Below are positions 60,135 to 64,000 of a stretch of 64,000 nt of DNA, piece by piece. Every line of letters starts with the position of its first letter. The first letter of the stretch is position 1. This stretch comes from Yuukianura sp. NJ FZ-2021 (Eukaryota). The stretch is from contig CM102290.1 in NCBI GenBank assembly GCA_046563655.1, positions 14,198,001-14,262,000 on the forward strand, in the 5' to 3' direction. A model generated the notes under the pieces. It searched no databases. It was not told the DNA's origin and saw only the letters and a program-made list of their open reading frames with translations. The position numbers were made by a program, and so were the translations under genes.

Positions 60135-63100
60135 TCTACACAACACTTTTTGTAAGGTGATGATGATGATGATGATGATCATCATCATCATCATACAGGC
60201 GGTGGTGCTGCAACACGTAGGTGGGAAATTATGAAAAGAGAGGGAATGGGGTGGTGAAAGTGAAAACATTCCGCATTCCACAAAAATGAAGGGACAACTC
60301 ACACTAAAAACTATGAAAGTCGCTTACTCGAGTTGAGCCCTACAGCGAGCGGTGGATGAAGCGGTTCGAGCGGTAGTTGAAGAAGTCGTTGATGTTTTTT
60401 AGTAAAGTGGAAATGAAAATGGAAAATGGAAATTGATCCGACAGCAGAAAGCAGCACAAAATATAAATGAGACACAGAGGCCTTTTAGTATATTGACAAC
60501 ACTAAACCTCCCTACTTTTCATAACGTTGCTTTAAAAGCTTTTCAAATTCATTTTTTTAAATTTAAAAACTTAAAATTTCAAAAGAAATTTTTGCTTTGT
60601 GTAAGATACGTAATCCTCTTACTAATAAAAGGTAAGTTAAAAATAGTCAACCACGAAATTCAAAAAAAGAATCAATTTCAACTGCTGTTCTTTCAGGTTT
60701 TGTGTTAAACTTTTTCGAAATTTTCAAAATTCTTTCATTTTTCAGAGATTTTTTCATGTTCAGATTTTTCCAGAAACATTTCTTTAGAACAGTACCAAAT
60801 TTCGAAGAGACTTTTCAAATTTTGTAAATCGGAAATATAACTATAAATTGTTGTATTGTCAACACAATTTTAGAAATTGTGCAGCTGAAATTCAGTAATT
60901 TGCATAGTTTTACAAAATTTGTAGTACACATAGTTAATGCTATGAAATGAAATTTTGATGGCGCCAATTTTTAAAATTTTGAATAGAACTAGAACGTGTT
61001 AATCACAGGATTGTGATTACTGAATAGCAAGGTTCCAATTTCCCGCTTCCTTTTGAAGTTTAATATTTCAAAAAAAGCGGCGGGTTTTCCGTTCTTTTTA
61101 ATTAATCTTCCACCACAAACCTATGAACCTTAATTAAAAAGTGCTAAAATTGAAATTACTACTATCAAAAGACCTCAAATCAAATTTTGACAACATTTTC
61201 AGAAAACAAAGTTCTACGAATTGTCAGAACTAAAAAGTAAAAGTGATAAGACAAATTAGTCAACTTTGGAAGAAAATATTTGCACAGCACCGCTGTTCTT
61301 AAGAAATTAGACAATAGCTCTTATCAAATTAAGATTTTGTTCAAACAGGTCCCCCCTCTGTTCAAACAAGTTTTTTTTTCTAAAATGTGACAGAATGTCT
61401 CTTTTAAAAAACGAAATTAGATTGAAAGTGTCTAAAAAGTGAGCAACTTTTCAAATGAAACAAAATTTTCGTCCTTTTGACATTCCCTTGTCAGTTTGAA
61501 TCTAGAGACGCAGTACATGTCCCTTGACACGCCTCAATCAACCAACTTCAAAAAAATGTTCAAATAAAATTTTAGAAAAGTTAGTTTTTTAAAAAACGGA
61601 CTTTTTACAAAGCACTGAAATTTTGAAACCTCTTACATGCTCTGAGAAAGGAACTTGGACAGGGCCAGTTTCGACAAGTTGTGGCTCTTAAGGCCTCCAA
61701 ACATTGTGGTGGGTTGGGTGGTGGAGGTGGTGGGGCGCGGTGGGGCAAGATTTGGTGGGGACACTTTGACCTTTGACCCACTTTCACACCATAACTAAAA
61801 TTGACCCACCACAGGCTAGGTTAATCCTAACCTTGACGAGCCTTTAGAGGTCACAAACTTTCAAAATCCCACTTGTTGGTGTCTGTTCTAAAACTAAACC
61901 GTAAATTTTTAAAACTTGTTCAAAATTGTGTTCAAACAGAAGTTCCAAGTGGAAGTGAAGAGCTATTGTAAAGTGAAAGTTGGTCGTTCCTAGTCCAAAT
62001 CAATACTAAAAACTACACGGCACAAACCAGCCCTTTAATTCTCCAATTCCGATAAGAGTTGGACCAAGACCCAGGCGTTTGGCAAGGTTATTGACCTTGA
62101 CCTCGTGACCTCTCCGGATAAACCGAACTTCCGACACGACCGAACCGAATCGTCACGCGGTCCGACTCCATCAACGTTCGACTCGATACTGAACAGTCAC
62201 TTGTGTTTGGTGGTCCATGTTCTGGAACTCCTGGAAAAGGGAGCCTCCAAGACGCACACTCTGACAAGGCAAAGATGTGTTTGTGTACTACAAGAACAGC
62301 AGACTCATCCCTTCAACCACAACGTTCAATTTTTTTTTGAATTTGGAGCCTCGGAGATTTGAAGACACGGACATTTTTGGGGGCGGGGCTTAAGGGAGCC
62401 CTGAGAAATGGAGTAGTGTCAAAGGTTCCCTGCCTCGTGGCTATTAATTACAACAACGCAAAGAGCGTTTTGCTCAAGGCCGTTCCTGTCTTTTCAAAAA
62501 TTTAAATGGCGGGAGAATTTGAAAAGTTTGAAAAGATTATCTCCCGTGTTATGCTAAGCTGGCCGGGAATGTGGGCGAAAGCGCGGGAGATTTAAACATG
62601 ACATTTGCCCTTTTCCTGCTCTTCGGTTGTGGGAAGAACTAAGAAGCCCTCGGGCTATTAACATTCCTTTGGTTTTTCCAAAAATTTCTTCCTGTCTTTT
62701 CAAAATTCTTGAAAAGTTGTGTCTAAAAACTGTTTTTCCAAAAAGTCAAAAGTGTAACAATGACTACGAGGCCTTAAATTTCGATGGTACCAGATCTAGT
62801 AAACGTGTTGCGTTACGAAATTTTCTTCTTGATGCAATCTAGCTAAGTCTCAGGAATACCAAAAATTTCATCTTGATGCAATCTACTTAAGTCTCAGGAG
62901 CTTTTAATTTTGATATTGCGCAAATTTACTTTATTTACTTTAATGTTGCACAAAATTGCGCAAAGTTGAGCTTTTCATTTTGATGTTGTTGTTGAGCCTC
63001 TCGTGTTTGTTTCATTTCCCTCGACTAGTACTGGAACGTAGCAGGGATAGAGCCATTTCCTGGCACTACAGCGTTCGTTACCATAGGATTTTGGGCCTAC

Positions 63101-64000
63101 CCGCCATTTCTATTGTGCACAAAACCTAACAAAAGTTGAGAGCGGGAACAAAAGAGTGCTACCATTTACAAAATATAATGCCTCTGGAAATGGCCTGGTT
63201 CAAATACACAACAAGGCTAAAGAGCCTTATCACCTCAGTCACATTCTTCCCGCTTCTGCACAGACGCAAACATTCAAACATATCAACAGTTGAGACTGGT
63301 GCCAACTCTTCACCACAAAAAAACAAACAACAGTGCCAGAATTTTTGAAAAAAATTGATGCCTTTTGAACTGAAGATGAGTTTTGAGGGGAATTGTGTTT
63401 GAATTTTTTAGAAGATAGGCGCTGGAAAAACATTTGCGTTTCGATCCACCATATTTCATAAAACATATCCGTTTTTTCAGCTTTTTTGAAGAAAAAAGTT
63501 GGCAGAGCTGAGTGTTACATAACAGCGTGTCGTTCGGTATAATTTCATGTTCCAAACACGTTATTTGAAGAGACTGCCATTGACACCTTCCAATATCTAA
63601 CTACCAGATCCAATTTCCGTCACTTTCACTCCTGCCCTTTGCTTATTCCACCCAGGGTTAGTCATTTCCCCGGACATAAACGGGGAGAGGAGGAAATTTA
63701 TACAAATAAATTCAAAAATAATAAATTTGATATATCACGCTTGTGTTTTTTGTTTTAGGTAAGCACCAACTTTTCAAATTTTTGAATTTTCCGCCCCTAT
63801 ACTTAACCAAATGTGAGGTTTGTGTAGTTTCAGAGGTCGAAAGAACAGTGCTTTTGCGGGTCAAATCAAATTAAAATTGCTTTTTGAAAAATTTTGAATT
63901 TCGGAAATCGTTACATACCAATAACAAGTTATCAGTAAGTATGATAAGTACACATTGACTACAGTAAACGTGTTGGTGTAAAAATTTCAAAAATTGAACA

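Overview
Eukaryotic (animal) genomic DNA: AT-rich, with short GT-AG introns. The vrille and Syt7 orthologues look arthropod-like; a basal hexapod such as a springtail is plausible but is only inference. Genes in order: vrille/NFIL3 bZIP (+), a CatSper4-like sperm cation channel subunit (-), a divergent two-dsRBD protein (-), TRM1 (+), Tim8 (+), intronless Pex3 (+), arfaptin (-), a CAF1/CNOT7-family deadenylase paralogue (-), PGK (-), an SLC35G/EamA transporter (+) and the 3' part of synaptotagmin-7 (-). About a dozen copies of a non-autonomous DNA transposon (CAAGG...CCTTG ends, 8-bp target-site duplications, hAT-like MITE) and two degenerate tRNA-like elements are scattered through it. Four observations stand out. 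(1) Tim8 and Pex3 appear to share one bicistronic transcript, joined by an intron that starts 2 nt after the Tim8 stop codon. (2) The CAF1 paralogue keeps its catalytic residues but has gained a transmembrane helix and an acidic tail with a LIR-like motif. (3) An intact CatSper gene occurs in an arthropod-like genome. (4) Clock-type cis elements cluster upstream of vrille. Exon boundaries were read by eye and may be off by a few bases.
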